DNA of 64,000 bases from Squalus acanthias (GCA_030390025.1 CM059431.1:107262001-107326000), one strand, 5' to 3'. Numbered from the stretch's first letter, positions 24,674 to 36,882 are shown. Notes: generated by a model from the sequence alone, not told the origin. A program made the numbers and translations.

Positions 24674-27545
24674 CTAGGCGGACCAGAAATAGCCGTAGTC
24701 GTTTAGCTCTCTGCTTGTGACCGGAAGGCACGTCTCCCCGGACCGTGTCCTGGGTCGCTTGACCCGTACCGGTAAGTCGGTGGAGTCCGCGTCGTCTTGA
24801 TCGTCCTGTGGAGGACTGGGAATATCATGACTCTGGGTGCTGGTCCCCACAGGCGCAGAGCTGGCCTCATCCCGGGTCGTGGCTGGAGATTGTCCAGCGT
24901 CCTGGCTTTGGGTGGCCATCCTACGGGGAGCGTCCGGCTCCCTGAGTTGATCCAGTAGCGCTGCCAGCAGATCCCTCGATGTCCCAAGTGGGGCGTCATT
25001 TTTATGGGGGTGCGGAGTGTTGATATCATCGTCGTGGGATCCTTCATCATTCGGGCCCTTGTGACCGGTTGGGCAGGGAGCCAGATCTCCGAGCGAGACG
25101 GTGGCCTCCCGGCCATCAGGGTACCGTACGTGCGCATACGTGGGATTTACCTCCGTTAACTCCACCTCGTCAAAGAGAGGGTCATTTTTGGCAGACCGGA
25201 CGAACCTCCGGAGTAGCACAGGGCCTGGAGCCACCAACCATGACGGTAGAGATGTCCCATGTGTAGAGCGAAGCCGGAATTTGAAGAATCGCTCATGAGG
25301 CGTGACATTAGTAGATGTGGAGAGAAGAGACTTGATAGAGTGTAACACATCGGGGAGCACCGTTTCCCACTGCTGGTCCGGTAGGTTGCGTGACCTTAGT
25401 GCCAGACGGACAGCGTTCCAGATGATGGCATTGTATCGCTCAACCTGTCCGTTGCCGATCGGGTGATATGGTGTCGTCTTACTCGAGGCAATTCCCCGTT
25501 GGGAGAGTTAACCTTTAAGTTCACTCGACATAAAGGAGGGAACCCGATCCGTGTGGATAAAATTGGCCGTCCCGCAAAGGGAAAAGACCTGTTCGAGGCA
25601 TTTAATTACCGTAGAGGTAAGCACATTAGGACAGGGGAAGGCGAAGGGAAAGCGTGAATACTCGTCTACCATCGTAAGTAGGTAGGTGTTCCTTGTCGAC
25701 GAAGGCAATGGCCCTTTAAAGTCTATGCTGAGCCTCTGCATAGGCTGCATTGCATGTATGAGTAAGCCATCTGATGGGCGGAAGAATTGTGGTTTCAATT
25801 CTGCACAAATCCTACAGGAGGAGCATGTTTTCTTTACGTCCTCCGTTGAGAATGGTAGATTTTTGGAGCGCATGAAGTGCAACATACGGGTCACGCCAGG
25901 ATGGCATAAGTCCATATGCAAATCCGCCAGAGTCGACGTTGACATTGAGGAGCAAAATGCCCGTGTGAAGGTATCTGGGGCCACATTCTGTTTGCCAGGT
26001 CGGTAACGGATAGTATATCCAAAGGCAGCCAGCTCCATCCTCCAGAGTTGAAAATATTATTTTTGATTTTCGTGCGCCTCCGGTTATCCAACATGAAGGC
26101 CATGGAGCTCAGGTCAGTTATAAGTGTAAAATGACGCCGAGCAAGAAAATGACCCCATTGGCGGACAGCCTCGATGATGGCCGTAGCCTCCTTCTCGATG
26201 GAGGGGTAATGGAGCTCGCTACCCTGCAAGGTTCTGGATAGGAATGCTACGGGTCGGCCACCTTGATTCATCGCATTCGACCACAAAAGGAAGGTTTTCG
26301 TCAATGGAGCGAAGCGTGGCTTTCTCCAGCTGTCGTTTGAGGAGGTTGAAGGCAGAAATAGCCGTAGCTTCCAATGGAAAAGACTTCGCATGGAGCAGGG
26401 GCTGTATTTTATCGGAGAAGTGTGGTACCCATTTTGCGTAATAAGCAAACATGCCAAGTGCCCGACGAAGAGAGCCGAGGTTCGTAGGGGGAGAGAGCTC
26501 CTGAAGTGGACGAAGTCGCTCTGGGTCCGGTTTAACAACACCGTTGCCCACCCAGTAGCCAAGAATGTTCACCGATGGCACCGACTTGGATTCGTTTAAC
26601 GTTAAGTGACGACGACGGAGTACGTCAAAAAATCTCTGAAGATTGGCGTCATGCTCATTTTGATCATGGCCGGCAATAGTGATATTGTCTAAATACGGAA
26701 AGGTATCCGTCAAGTTCTCTTGCCGGACTAGGCCATCCATGGCCCGTTGGAAGACGGCCACCCCATTGGTGACCCCCGAATGGAAGGCGGCGAAACTGAA
26801 AAAGCCGACCATTGGCCTCAAAGGCCGTATACTTCTTGTCGGAGTCTTGCAGCGGCACCTGATGGTACGCGCTTTTCAAATCAAAGGTTGAAAATACCTT
26901 GTATTTGGCAAGGTTGTTGACCATGTTATCTATGCGTGGTAGCGGGTAGGCATCCAGATTAATAGTCTGCGAATAATCGATACACAGACGTTTTTTATGT
27001 TGTTTTAAGGGATTTTTCACAATGACGACTTGAGCCCGCCAGGGAGATGAACACGGCTCGATAATACTGTCGACTAAAAGGCGAGAGATTTCCGCCTCGA
27101 TAAACGCTCGATCGTCTTGGCTAAAGCACCGCGATTTGGTGGCTATGGGTTTACAGCGGGGGGGAAGATTGGCAAACAGGGAGGGTTTACCGAGTAAGGC
27201 CGCCGATAGCACACAAAACGGCACCTTAGAAATGGTAAGCTTCGGCCTTGACCCTCCAAACTCAAAAGTGATCTTCTTGTGCTGCTTCTGGAAGTCCTGT
27301 CCCAGAAGCACATCGCTGCATAAGTTGTCGAGTACTCCGAGCCGGGTGGAGAGATACGTGCGGCCATTGAGGATGAGGTTGACAAGACAGAAGCCAGAAG
27401 AATTGGTGGTCAGAGTCGTCAGAGCCATTGCAATCTCCCTGTCCGAGGGATAAATGCGCAGTTTTAACCTGCTGACAGCCCGCTTACTAATAAAGCTGTC
27501 AGAGCTGCAGGAGTCGATTAGCGCGCTTAGAGTGTGCCCATTTAC
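24674..27545 (-). pseudogene. pol: Gypsy pol (protease, RT, RNase H, integrase), several frameshifts
   Basis: ALIDSCSSDSF protease (~27500-27530); RT LCIDYS, YPLPRID, FDLKSAYHQV, YLDN; RNase H FVVECD, IEKEATAII; integrase HHCC (H..LCHPG...C..C), SIDFKGP, IHTD. Spread over ORFs 26664..27428, 26219..26821, 25891..26562, 25508..26038 and 24674..25360. Confidence 0.9.
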
Positions 27546-28550
27546 TCAAACCTTCGTGGCTGCATGGGACAAACTTTGGGGAAAAACAGCCGTGATGGGA
27601 GGAGGGGCAATTTTCCCTTCGGCAGCTGTAGCCTTAACAGTGGTTCTTGGGGGAGGAGCAGCTCCATAGATAGCAGCTGTGAAGCTAACAGGAGCTCTCG
27701 ACTGGTATACTTTAGAGGAGCGGCCTTTCTTGTTAGCAGAGGCCCGTGACTGGCATACCTTGGAAAAGTGTCCTTTCTTGCTGCACTGATTGCAGGTCAC
27801 ATTACGAGCCGGGCAAAATTTTCTGTAATGGCACGCCCCTCCACAAAAGAAACACTTTCTTCCTGATTGCCAGGATGCTGCTAGGGCGGGGTCATCATCA
27901 GCGAAGGCCTCTAGGGTAGGGTCGTCATCCGTTAGAGTAGAGTCAACATCAGTGGGGGCATCCGCCCGAGACCTACCGAAAGACTCATTAAAGGTGATAG
28001 CCGCCGCCCGTGCATGTGGTGGGAGATAAGTGTCTGCATTCTTCTTGGCCAAGTCCAAGGAACACGCCTGGTCATAAGCAGCCCGTAAATCGAGGGTTTT
28101 ATTTTCCAACAGGCGCTGACGTATAAAAGAGGACGCAATCCCATTGATAAAGGAATGGCGGATTAGTTCCTCTTGATACTGTTCAGCTGTAACCGCTTTA
28201 AGGTTACAATCCTTGCTGAGCCTGCAAAGTTTCTGGAGGAATTCATCGAGTGATTCCCCAGGCTGCTGCCGAGTTGTGGCCAGCAGGTGTCGAGCAAAGA
28301 TGTCATTCGGGGACTTGACATATAGCTGCTGTAAAATTTGGACAGCAGTGTCGTAGTCTATACAGTCCTCAATATAATCATACACATGAGGGGACACGTA
28401 GTTAATAAGCATTCGTAACTTATTAGGGGCATCCGCCCCACATTCTTCAAGAAAGTTGCTAAAGGTACGAAACCAATGCTTCCATACCTTCGCTGCCGCA
28501 GGTGCATTCGGGTCCAGGTCGAGACGAGCGGGTCTAAGGAGTTTCTCCAT
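27546..28550 (-). CDS. gag: Gypsy gag with two Cys/His zinc-knuckle motifs
   Basis: 334-aa ORF starting 100 nt after the 5' LTR; QQPGESLDEF motif; CFFCGGACH...C and CNQCSKKGHFSKVC. Confidence 0.85.
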   Translation of the reverse strand: MEKLLRPARLDLDPNAPAAAKVWKHWFRTFSNFLEECGADAPNKLRMLINYVSPHVYDYIEDCIDYDTAVQILQQLYVKSPNDIFARHLLATTRQQPGESLDEFLQKLCRLSKDCNLKAVTAEQYQEELIRHSFINGIASSFIRQRLLENKTLDLRAAYDQACSLDLAKKNADTYLPPHARAAAITFNESFGRSRADAPTDVDSTLTDDDPTLEAFADDDPALAASWQSGRKCFFCGGACHYRKFCPARNVTCNQCSKKGHFSKVCQSRASANKKGRSSKVYQSRAPVSFTAAIYGAAPPPRTTVKATAAEGKIAPPPITAVFPQSLSHAATKV

Positions 28551-28650
28551 GATGGATCAGTTTCTTGCCCTAGTTCCCTTCTGTGGTTCGAGTTGCAGCT
28601 GGTTGTTCCGAATCACCCAAAGTGTGGAGATGATGTCAAGTCGATTAAAT

Positions 28651-28878
28651 TGACGTAATAAAGACTCACTACGCACTTGGTTGAACATAAAGCGAGGCTT
28701 TAATCGACTTGCAACAAAACATGGTGGTCTAGTTAGCAGTCACTAGCTTCCTGTTTCCAGATTGTCTCTGCCCAAGGTGGGCCCACGCCCGAGTATTTAT
28801 ACTCCCCGGACAGTGCCCCAGCTGGCCGCCCAGTAGTACTTCCTGAGTTACTTCTTGTAGAAGTTGCGATTTATGACA
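28651..28878 (-). repeat. 5' LTR of the Gypsy element
   Basis: TG...CA termini. Minus-strand TATAAATA at 28794-28801 and ATTAAA at 28699-28704. Confidence 0.95.
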
Positions 28879-29624
28879 CCCCCTAGTTCTAGATTCCCCC
28901 ACGAGGGGAAACATCCTCCCTGCATCTACCCTGTCAAGCCCCCTCAGAATCTTATATGTTTCAATAAGATCACCTCTGATTCTTCTAAACTTCAATGAAT
29001 ATAGGCCCAACCTGCTCAACCTTTCCTCATAAAACAACCCCTTCAACTCAGGAATCAACCTAGTGAACCTTCTCTGAACTGCCTCCAATGCAAGTATATC
29101 CTTCCTTAAATAAGGAGACCAAAATTGGGGTCTCACCAGCGCCCTGTACAGTTGTAGCAAGACTTCCCTACTTTTATACTCCATCCCCCTTTGCAATAAA
29201 GGCCAATATTCCATTTGCCTCCCTAATTACTTGCTGTACCTTCATGCTAACTTTTTGTGTTTCATGTACGAGTACATTCAACTGCTTGGAGGCCTCTTCT
29301 ACCTGCTGCAGACCTGCTTCAGCCTGGAAGAAAGCATCATCACCTTCCCTGTTCCTGCCCAAGTTAAAATGCAATAGGGGGCCTATTGATGCAAAAGCAC
29401 CTCAATTTCCGTAAATTAACGAGGCCCCGCCTGTAGAACCTGCCTGCCAATCGGAAATGGCGGCAGAGGATTGAGTTTCCACTGGATAAGAAACTGCCCA
29501 CCAGCCTGGCAAGATTAAAATTGACCCCTTAATCTTCGGCTGACCACCAGTCTCGGGAAATGGCAATTTTCCTGGGTTGAATGTTTCAGGTTTTCAGCTG
29601 TCACAGTGTGATGCTGAAACAAAT

Positions 29625-29910
29625 GCTAATAAAACTAGAGGCCATCAATATAAGATAGTCACCAAGAAATCAAATAGGGAATTCAGAAGAAATTTCTTTA
29701 CCCAGAGAATGTTGAGAATGTGGAACTCGCTACCACAGGGAGTGGTTGAGGCGAATAGTATAGATGCATTTAAGGGGAAGCTAGAGGGAGAACAGAATAG
29801 AGTTAGATGAGAAAGGGTGGGAGGAGGCTCGAGTGGAGCATAAACATCAGCATAGACTGGTTGGGCTTAATGGCCTGTTTCTGTGCTGTATATTCTATGC
29901 AATTCCATGT
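29625..29910 (+). mobile_element. CR1 3' fragment
   Basis: ORF 29577..29810 (KTRGHQYKI...NFFTQR..WNSLP) and a 3' UTR. Confidence 0.85.
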
Positions 29911-30123
29911 AATAAGGCAATAATTAAAAGGTGCACGAGGAGGAGATGGAGCAATTAGATAGGATAACCAAGATAAAGAAGTAATACTGAAAATAAAGGA
30001 AATTCTTTCACTTACCTGGAGGGCATGTTCGTCCAGCAGCTGCCAACCTGCTTCAGCCTGGTGAGAGAGCTTCGGTCGTTTCCCCCTTAGGCCCCAGTTA
30101 AAATGCCATGGGGAAAACATTAG

Positions 30124-31815
30124 AGCCAGGAGATGCGCTGAAATGCCGTTGACAGCTGTAACGACAGCTGATGCCGGTTCTAGTGCCGCATGCCATATCG
30201 GTGATGCCGGTAGCGCTGCCGGTAAACCCTAGCACCAGGGAGATCGCCATCATGGAGCTTGTGACATCAGTGAGTGTGCAATGTTCACTGGACACCTGAT
30301 CTCCAACATTGGATTCAGCCACTTAACTTAATGGCAGCGCAGAACGACAACAGGGAGAGCTGGCATCTAACAGCAGGAAGCAGGCTGCAGCAGCGTTATT
30401 TAAAGGCACCATTCCCAATCAGCTGTACCTGACAGCGTTTTGCAGTTTCAGTGTCTGTTTGCTACTTCCTGCAACTGAAACAGCTTTCTTTAGTTATTTC
30501 AAGCTTTTTTGGTGACAGGGAGTATTCATTCAAGTGCAGAAGTCACTCATTATTTGTTAAAGGCTTCTGCTCACAACACTTCCTGACAGTCATGGGGGCT
30601 GCGGGATGGCGGCATTAAACAGGAGGACGAGGAGGCAGAGGAGGACAAGGAGGAAGAGGATGAGGCAGAGTAGGATGAGGAGGAAGAGGACAAGGAGGAG
30701 GAGGATGAGAAGGAGGAGGACGAGGAGGAGATGGATGTGGAGGAAGAGGATGAGGAGGAGGAGGACGAGGGGGAAGAGGATGAGGTGGAGCAGGAGGAAC
30801 AGGAGGGAGGGCGGAGGCAGCGAGACAATAAGTCTTCTGGACGGGCTGTCTGTGACCGGCTCATCAGACTCCGATTCACATGAATGAAACCCCAGATTCC
30901 CGTAGCTCATCACATCCCCATCATACCATCCCTGTCTCACGCCATATCACAGTGTCCTCCAGGGTGCAAACATGAAATTAGAGAGACCACAAAATATTCC
31001 AAACACCATTAATAAATTTATCTATTAACATATCACATGAATTCTAATAACTAATAACACTTGTGCCTGCCATAGTTGAATAGCTGTCACTGTGGGCAAG
31101 GTGGGTGTGAGTGTTGCTCGGTAGAGATTGTTGGTGGGTGAGTGCTGGAGGTGTGGTACATTGAGCAGTGTGTGAAGCTTGTGGTGCAGATGGTGGTATG
31201 TAGCATTTGTTGACGCCTTCACTTACCCTGACCACCCGTATGAGCTCGTTAAACTTCCTCCTGCACGGGGTGTGGGACCTGGGGAGCACAGTGCTGCCCA
31301 TGATGTGATGTGCCACCTCCCTCCACATAGTCCGGCGGACTTGTGGCGAGGGCCTCCTGCCAGTCAGTACAGGACCGCCCGCCTTCTCACCACCGCTAAA
31401 ACCAATGCCTCCAAAGCTTCCTCGGAAAACCCCTGGGCTCTCTCCCTGGGGGCGACGATCTGCCATCAACATTTGTAAATAAGTGCTCCTTCTCGTTGTC
31501 CTTCTTCTTATGGTTGTTGAGGCAGCTGCACAGCCAACAATGCTGAGAATGAGGTGCTGCAGCATCAATGGACCTTCCCCTTAAGCAGTGAAAAAAGCCT
31601 GTGACAATCATTACTTGCATTTAGACTACACCCGATATTGGTCCAACTTTTCAGTGTAACGCCAATGAGGGTTTTTTAGATTAGATTTATGGCTGCAATC
31701 ATTTTAATGAGGAGTGAGGATGAATTTTGCATGCAGTCTAGACAATTTTCAACATTCTTTCACCATTTTTAGTCTAAACACTGCCCATTCCTTTGCTATA
31801 ACGAATTTCTAGCCC
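30124..31815. mobile_element. Internally deleted Harbinger derivative (transposase ends on +, Myb remnant on -)
   Basis: On +, ATGGGGGCTGCG (MGAA) runs directly into a GAG-rich acidic tract and GRAVCDRLIRLRFT*. ORF 31044..31568(-) has a Myb/SANT motif (RRPSPQVRRTMWREVA...CRRKFNELIRV). Right end GAATTTCTAGCCC; left end approximate. Confidence 0.75.
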
Positions 31816-32084
31816 GATCATGGGTCCTATTGACGCCATAGGACCCCAATTATTATTCATGTATGAGGTTCCCGCCTGAGATTGGCGGGAATGGTGCGGG
31901 AAATTGATCCACTCTATTTTAATTGTTTGCCTGTTGTGTTCCCGCCCAGAAGGGAAGACTTAAAATTCTCCCCTATATGTTTGATTGTTAGGTGTAGTTG
32001 TGCAGGCAAACACCACTTTGAATCATCTGAATGTCTCTTGTTTCAATATATCTTTAGAGAATTTTGAACAATATATCTGAGGCT

Positions 32085-32270
32085 GTACTTCATTGCCTGT
32101 AAAGCTCTTTGGGATGTCCTGAGGTAGTGAAGGGTGCTATATAAATACATCCATTCTTTCTTTCTTTCTCTCTCTCTTTTTCTCTCTCTTTTTCTCTCTC
32201 CCTTTTTCTCGCTCTCTTTTTCTTTCTTTGTTTTCTCTTTCCATCTCTCCTTCTTTCTCTCTTCCTTTGT
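32085..32270 (+). repeat. SINE/L2-type 3' tail followed by TC-rich low-complexity tract
   Basis: TACTTCATTGCCTGTAAAGCTCTTTGGGATGTCCTGAGG...GCTATATAAATAC, then (TTTC/TC)n. Confidence 0.7.
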
Positions 32271-32800
32271 TGTTCTCATCAAAGATGGCCTGTCAGAAAG
32301 TCCATGGAGCAAAACCACATGTAAGACTAAACAGACAATGCGGTTTCTGAGTTCTGTTTTCTAATGATGGATGGCGCAGAAGAAATGCCTTTGTTGTTTT
32401 CAAAATTCCAAGGAGGATAGTTCAGTCTGTAATTACTGTAAATCCACTGTTTATATTTAATGGTGTTCATTTATCTGTTTTATGCTCAATAAATCTGATT
32501 GTAGTTTATAGTCTTAGCCACAGTTTGATAGAGTGTTTATTCTGCTGCATGCTAAAGCCATGGAAACGATATGAGGGCACTCAATATATTCAGTAAGCCA
32601 AGATGCAGTGACAAGGGTACTCTGCTTGACTCCTGTGCTGACTGTAGGTCAAGGTACAGTCCAGGTCATAGGAAGTCGGGTCTCTCTGACAGGAATGGTC
32701 TGGCATGCTGAAGCAGTGCAAATATTTAGTGGAAAAAACTCTCCAAACATAAAATAACAGATGAATATCCATTTGTCATCAGTTGCCCTGATCTGCATTT

Positions 32801-34323
32801 AGTCATAGAGTCATATGGGCTGGATTTTGATTGACCCGTGGAGGCGGGTTTGGAGGCGTGTGGGGGGTTAAAATTGCGAAAACTGGCGGGCGGGCACAAG
32901 TCCGCCTCCATCCCGCCTCCACGCAATTTTCATTAAATTGTGTCTGCTGGTCCCGACTCTGTCCCGCCTCTAAGAGACGGGATAGGCTGTTAAGGCCCTT
33001 AACAAGCACTAAATTGGCTCTGTAATGCCATTTGAAAGGCCTTTGTGATTTTAACCCTTGTTCTACGTGAAGCACGCCTGGTCTGAAACACGATTGTGAA
33101 ACCTGGCGGGAGCACATTTGGCTGGATCGCTCTCTCTCTCTCTCAGTGGTGGTGTAAAAATATCTGGGAGCAGACTTAGGGCTGCTGCTGCTCATTTTGC
33201 ATCCAGGTCCTCTCACAGCAAAGGCCAGGCAGTCTCTGAAGACCTTCAATGCAGCAGCAATGATGACATCATCAGAGGCGACTTTCAGACTGAAAACACT
33301 AATTGGTTCATGGGTTCCCACATGCTGGAACTCAGTTGCCCAATTAGGTGAAAATTGCATCAATCTCCCACATCCAATTGCAGTCGGGTGGATAACACGA
33401 AAAGTGGATAATTCGACCCCAACCCGCCCCAGTATCAAAATCCAGCCCATAGAGTTATACAGCACAGAAAGAGGCCCTTCGGCCCATCGTGTCCACACCA
33501 GCCATCAAGCCCTGTCTATTCTAATCCCATTTTCCAGCACTTGGTCCGTAGCCTTGTATGCTATGGCATTTCAAGTGCTCATCTAAATGCTTCTTGAATG
33601 TTGTGAGGGTTCCTGCCTCTACCACCCTTTCAGGCAGTGAGTTCCAGATTCTCTGGGTGAAAAAGTTTTTAGTCAAATCCCCTCTAAACCTCCTGCCCCT
33701 TATCTTGAAACTATGCCCCCTGGTTATTGACCCCTCTACTAAGGGGAAAAGTTCCTTTCTATCTACCCTATCTATGCCCCTCATAATTTTGTACACCTCA
33801 ATCAGGTCCCCCCTCAGCCTTCTCTGCTCTAAGGAAAACAACTCCAGCCTGTCCAGTCTATCTTCATAGCTGAAGCGCTCCAGCCCAGGTAACATCTGGT
33901 GAATCTCCTCTGCACCCTCTCCAATGCAATCACATCCTTCCTATAGTGTGGCGACCAGAACTGCACACAGTATTCCAGCTGTGGCCTAACTAGCGTTTTG
34001 TACAGCTCCATCATAACCTCCCTGCTCTTATATTCTATGCCTCAGCTAATGAAGGCAAGTATCCCATATGTCTTTTTAACCACCTTATCTACCTGTCCTG
34101 CTGCCTTCAGGGATCTATGTACATGCACACCAAGGTCCCTCTGATCCTCTGTCCTTCCTAGGGTCCTACCATTCATTGTGTATTCCCTTGCCTTGTTAGT
34201 CCTCCCAAAATGCATCACCTCACACTTTTCAGGGTTAAATTCCATTTGCCACTGTTCTGCCCATCTAACCAACCCGTCTATATCGTTCTGTAGCCTAAGG
34301 CTTCCCTCCTCGCTATTTACCAC
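32801..34323 (-). mobile_element. CR1 3' fragment with a MITE inserted in its tail
   Basis: ORFs 33521..33895, 33829..34014 and 34042..34323 encode the CR1 ORF2 C-terminus. The (CATAGAGT)n tail is split at 32816/33449. Confidence 0.9.
32817..33448. mobile_element. Harbinger-type MITE, ~630 bp
   Basis: Perfect 15-bp TIR GGGCTGGATTTTGAT / ATCAAAATCCAGCCC; ATA-like flanks. Confidence 0.85.
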
Positions 34324-34367
34324 TTTGATTAAATGAAAAGTGAGGCAAGTACATCTTTATTAATTTA

Positions 34368-34845
34368 AGAGCATAAGAATTAGGAGCAGGAGTAAGTCAT
34401 ACGGCCCCTCAAGCCTGCTCCACCATTCAATAAGATCATGGCTGATCTTCGACCTCAACTCCACTTTCCCGCCCGATCCCCATAGCCCCTGATTCCCCAA
34501 CAGTCCAAAAATCCATCGATATCAGCTTTAAATATAATCAACGTCTCAGCACCCACAGCCCTCTGGGGCAGAGAATTCTAAAGATCCACAACCCTTTCAG
34601 TGAAGAAATTTCTCCTCATCTCAGTCCTAAATGGCCGACCCCTTATCCTGAGACTGTGACCCCTAGTTCTAGACTCCCCAGCCAAAGAAAAAAAGCCTCT
34701 CAGCATCTACCCTGTCAAGCCCTCTCAGAATCTTGTATGTTTCAATGAGATCACCTCTCATTCTTCTAAACTCCAGAGAGTATAGGCCCATTCTACTCAA
34801 TCTCTCCTCACAGGACAACCCTCTCATCCAGGAATCAATTTAGTG
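34368..34845 (-). mobile_element. CR1 3' fragment
   Basis: CR1 3' UTR and ORF2 C-terminal sequence similar to 24097-24399 and 28884-29070. Confidence 0.85.
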
Positions 34846-35574
34846 AAAAAGTGATTCCTTCTACCATAATTGCCACAGAGAATAGTTGAGGCAGAGCCCA
34901 TTGCTCCTTTTAAGGCAAAGTAGATGAACATTTGAAGCAGAGAATGATACAGGGTGATTGGTAGCAAGCAAAGCAATTTAGTCTTGGCTGGTTCTGGCAA
35001 AGAGCTGGTATAGACATGATGGGCCAGAGGGCTTCCTTCTGTTCTGTAAACTTCCATTGTTCGAAGTATACCCTTTAATTTAGTAAAGAGACCCAAGGCA
35101 TTCACAGGAGCGATTTTCAAACAAAATTTGACCGAGCCACATATGCGATCCTTACCCCCGCGGCAAGCCAGAGAGGCGAATTTCTGGGCCATTGCCCTGA
35201 TATTAACTCGGAGGTGGGGTGGGGGCAGGGGGGCGGGTGGGGGTAAGCAATTTAGCAGTCAGGAAACCTGGAAGTTATTTTATCTTTGTAATTTCCCTGG
35301 ATTTTAGCTTGGCTATACACTGGAGGACAAAAAATAAGTCCAACTTTTATTAAAGCATTTTCACAGAGGTTTCCCTTTCATTAATTTTTATCACACTAAA
35401 TTTTCATTAATCATCTATAACTCCAGCAAAATTGAACTATCTAAATGCCTGCTTTTCTATTACCAATTTTAGCCATTCATATCTGCAGCTTCTCCTTCAA
35501 TGTTTTTATTTTCCCTTCCTGAGGTTAAGTATTGACTTGATAATCATATTGTGAGACAGGATGAGTTTTGAAAA

Positions 35575-35983
35575 GAATATGCTGGGATTGTTCACCTTGG
35601 AGCAGAGAAGGTTAAGGGGCAATTTAATGGAGGTGTTCAAAATTATGAAGGGTTTTGATAGAGTAAACAATGAGAAACTGTTTCCACTGGCAGGAGGGTC
35701 AGTAACCAGAGGGCACAGATTTAAGGTAATTGGCATAAGAACCAGAGGGAAATAAGGAGATTTTTTTTGCACATATGTTATAATCTGGAATGCGCTAACT
35801 GAAAGGGTGGTGAAAGCCACCAGCAGTAACTTTCAAAAGGGAATTGGATATATAGTTAAAAAGGAAAGATTTGCAGGGCTATGAGGAAAGAGCAGAGGAG
35901 TGGGACTAATTGGATCGCTCTTTTAAAGAGCGAGCACAGGCACAATGGGTGGCATGGCCTCCTTCTGTGCTGTAAGATTCCAT
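35575..35983 (+). mobile_element. CR1 3' fragment whose tail received the Harbinger insertion
   Basis: ORF 35561..35755 (LFTLEQRRLRG...TRGHRFK). The tail GATTCCAT resumes as CATGATTCTA after 40477. Confidence 0.85.
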
Positions 35984-36720
35984 GGGGGAGAAATTCAGTC
36001 TCGCCCCTTTTGGGGCGTGATTATCGGCCGGGCGCAAAGTTTAGCGCCTGGCGCTAATTATCGCCTCCGCTGCAAACTTGGCTTTTATCGCCCCTGGAGG
36101 TGATTGGAGCGCTAAATCAGGCGCTGCACACCTGTCTTAAGGCGCAAAGGCCGAGGAGCGAGGCGCTACCTCAGAGCGCGGGTGCAGTGCAGGTGATGTC
36201 AGTTAGCGATGGAACACAGACTCACTGACGCCGGACAGTTTTTAAAGGGGAGGGTCGATCTTGCTCTCCAGCCACACCCTGCTCATTGGAGCCTTGAATC
36301 TCGGCCTGGAGAGACCTGTGACTACATTTTCCAGCCAAGGACTATGGAGAGGGTGAGAGAACGAGCTCAGCGCTTCAGCGAGCGGGCCTTGGAGGCTCTG
36401 GTTGGCGCGGTGGAGCGCAGAAGATCTATACTCTACCCTGAGAGTGGCAGGAGGCCTTTGCCGCATGACTACAGAAGAGTGTGGAGGGAGGTGGTTCAGC
36501 ACATCTCCTGCAGGAGCATGGTGACCAGGACCCATACTCAATGTCGCAAAAAGTTCAACGACCTCACTCGGGTCATCATGGTGAGTGGCTTTTTTTCAAT
36601 ACCTCGCCATCCCTCCATCTCAACCTCACTCTATGGCCAGAGGGTCTTAAAACCCCAATGCCCAACACTTATCCAACACCTATGGCCCTCTCATGAAACA
36701 CACACGCACATTCCACACTT

Positions 36721-36882
36721 TGCATACATTAAGGGCTATTCAATTATGGGAGGCACATCAGGCAAGACCATGGCTGCATAAATTAAGGGCTATTCAATTA
36801 TGGGAGGCACATCAGGCAAGACCATGGCTGCATACATTAAGGGCTATTCAATTATGGGAGGCACATCAGGCAAGACCATGGC
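36721..36882 (+). repeat. 54-bp tandem repeat, 3 copies, in intron 1 of the Myb gene
   Basis: Unit TGCATACATTAAGGGCTATTCAATTATGGGAGGCACATCAGGCAAGACCATGGC, with one substitution in copy 2. Confidence 0.95.

Larger units (their letters stand above)
24400..28878 (-). mobile_element. Full-length Ty3/Gypsy LTR retrotransposon (4479 bp), pol frameshifted
   Basis: Two 228-bp TG...CA LTRs, CCCCC on both flanks, polypurine tract AGGGAGGAAGAA next to the 3' LTR, and gag-PR-RT-RH-IN domain order. Confidence 0.95.
24097..29270 (-). mobile_element. CR1 3' fragment split by the Gypsy insertion (24097-24399 and 28884-29270)
   Basis: ORFs 24191..24418 and 28729..29214 join into a contiguous CR1 ORF2 C-terminus (...ESRTRG | GHSFRIRG...). 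Confidence 0.9.

Noticed and set aside
30571..30940. Arg-rich, Ser-rich or Leu-rich ORFs resembling protamines or membrane peptides (also 51588-51972, 55632-55916, 32043-32364)
   Set aside because: These are alternative-frame readings of GAG-rich or TC-rich low-complexity repeats.
36721..36882. CRISPR-like array
   Set aside because: Head-to-tail repeats without unique spacers, in a vertebrate context with no cas genes.
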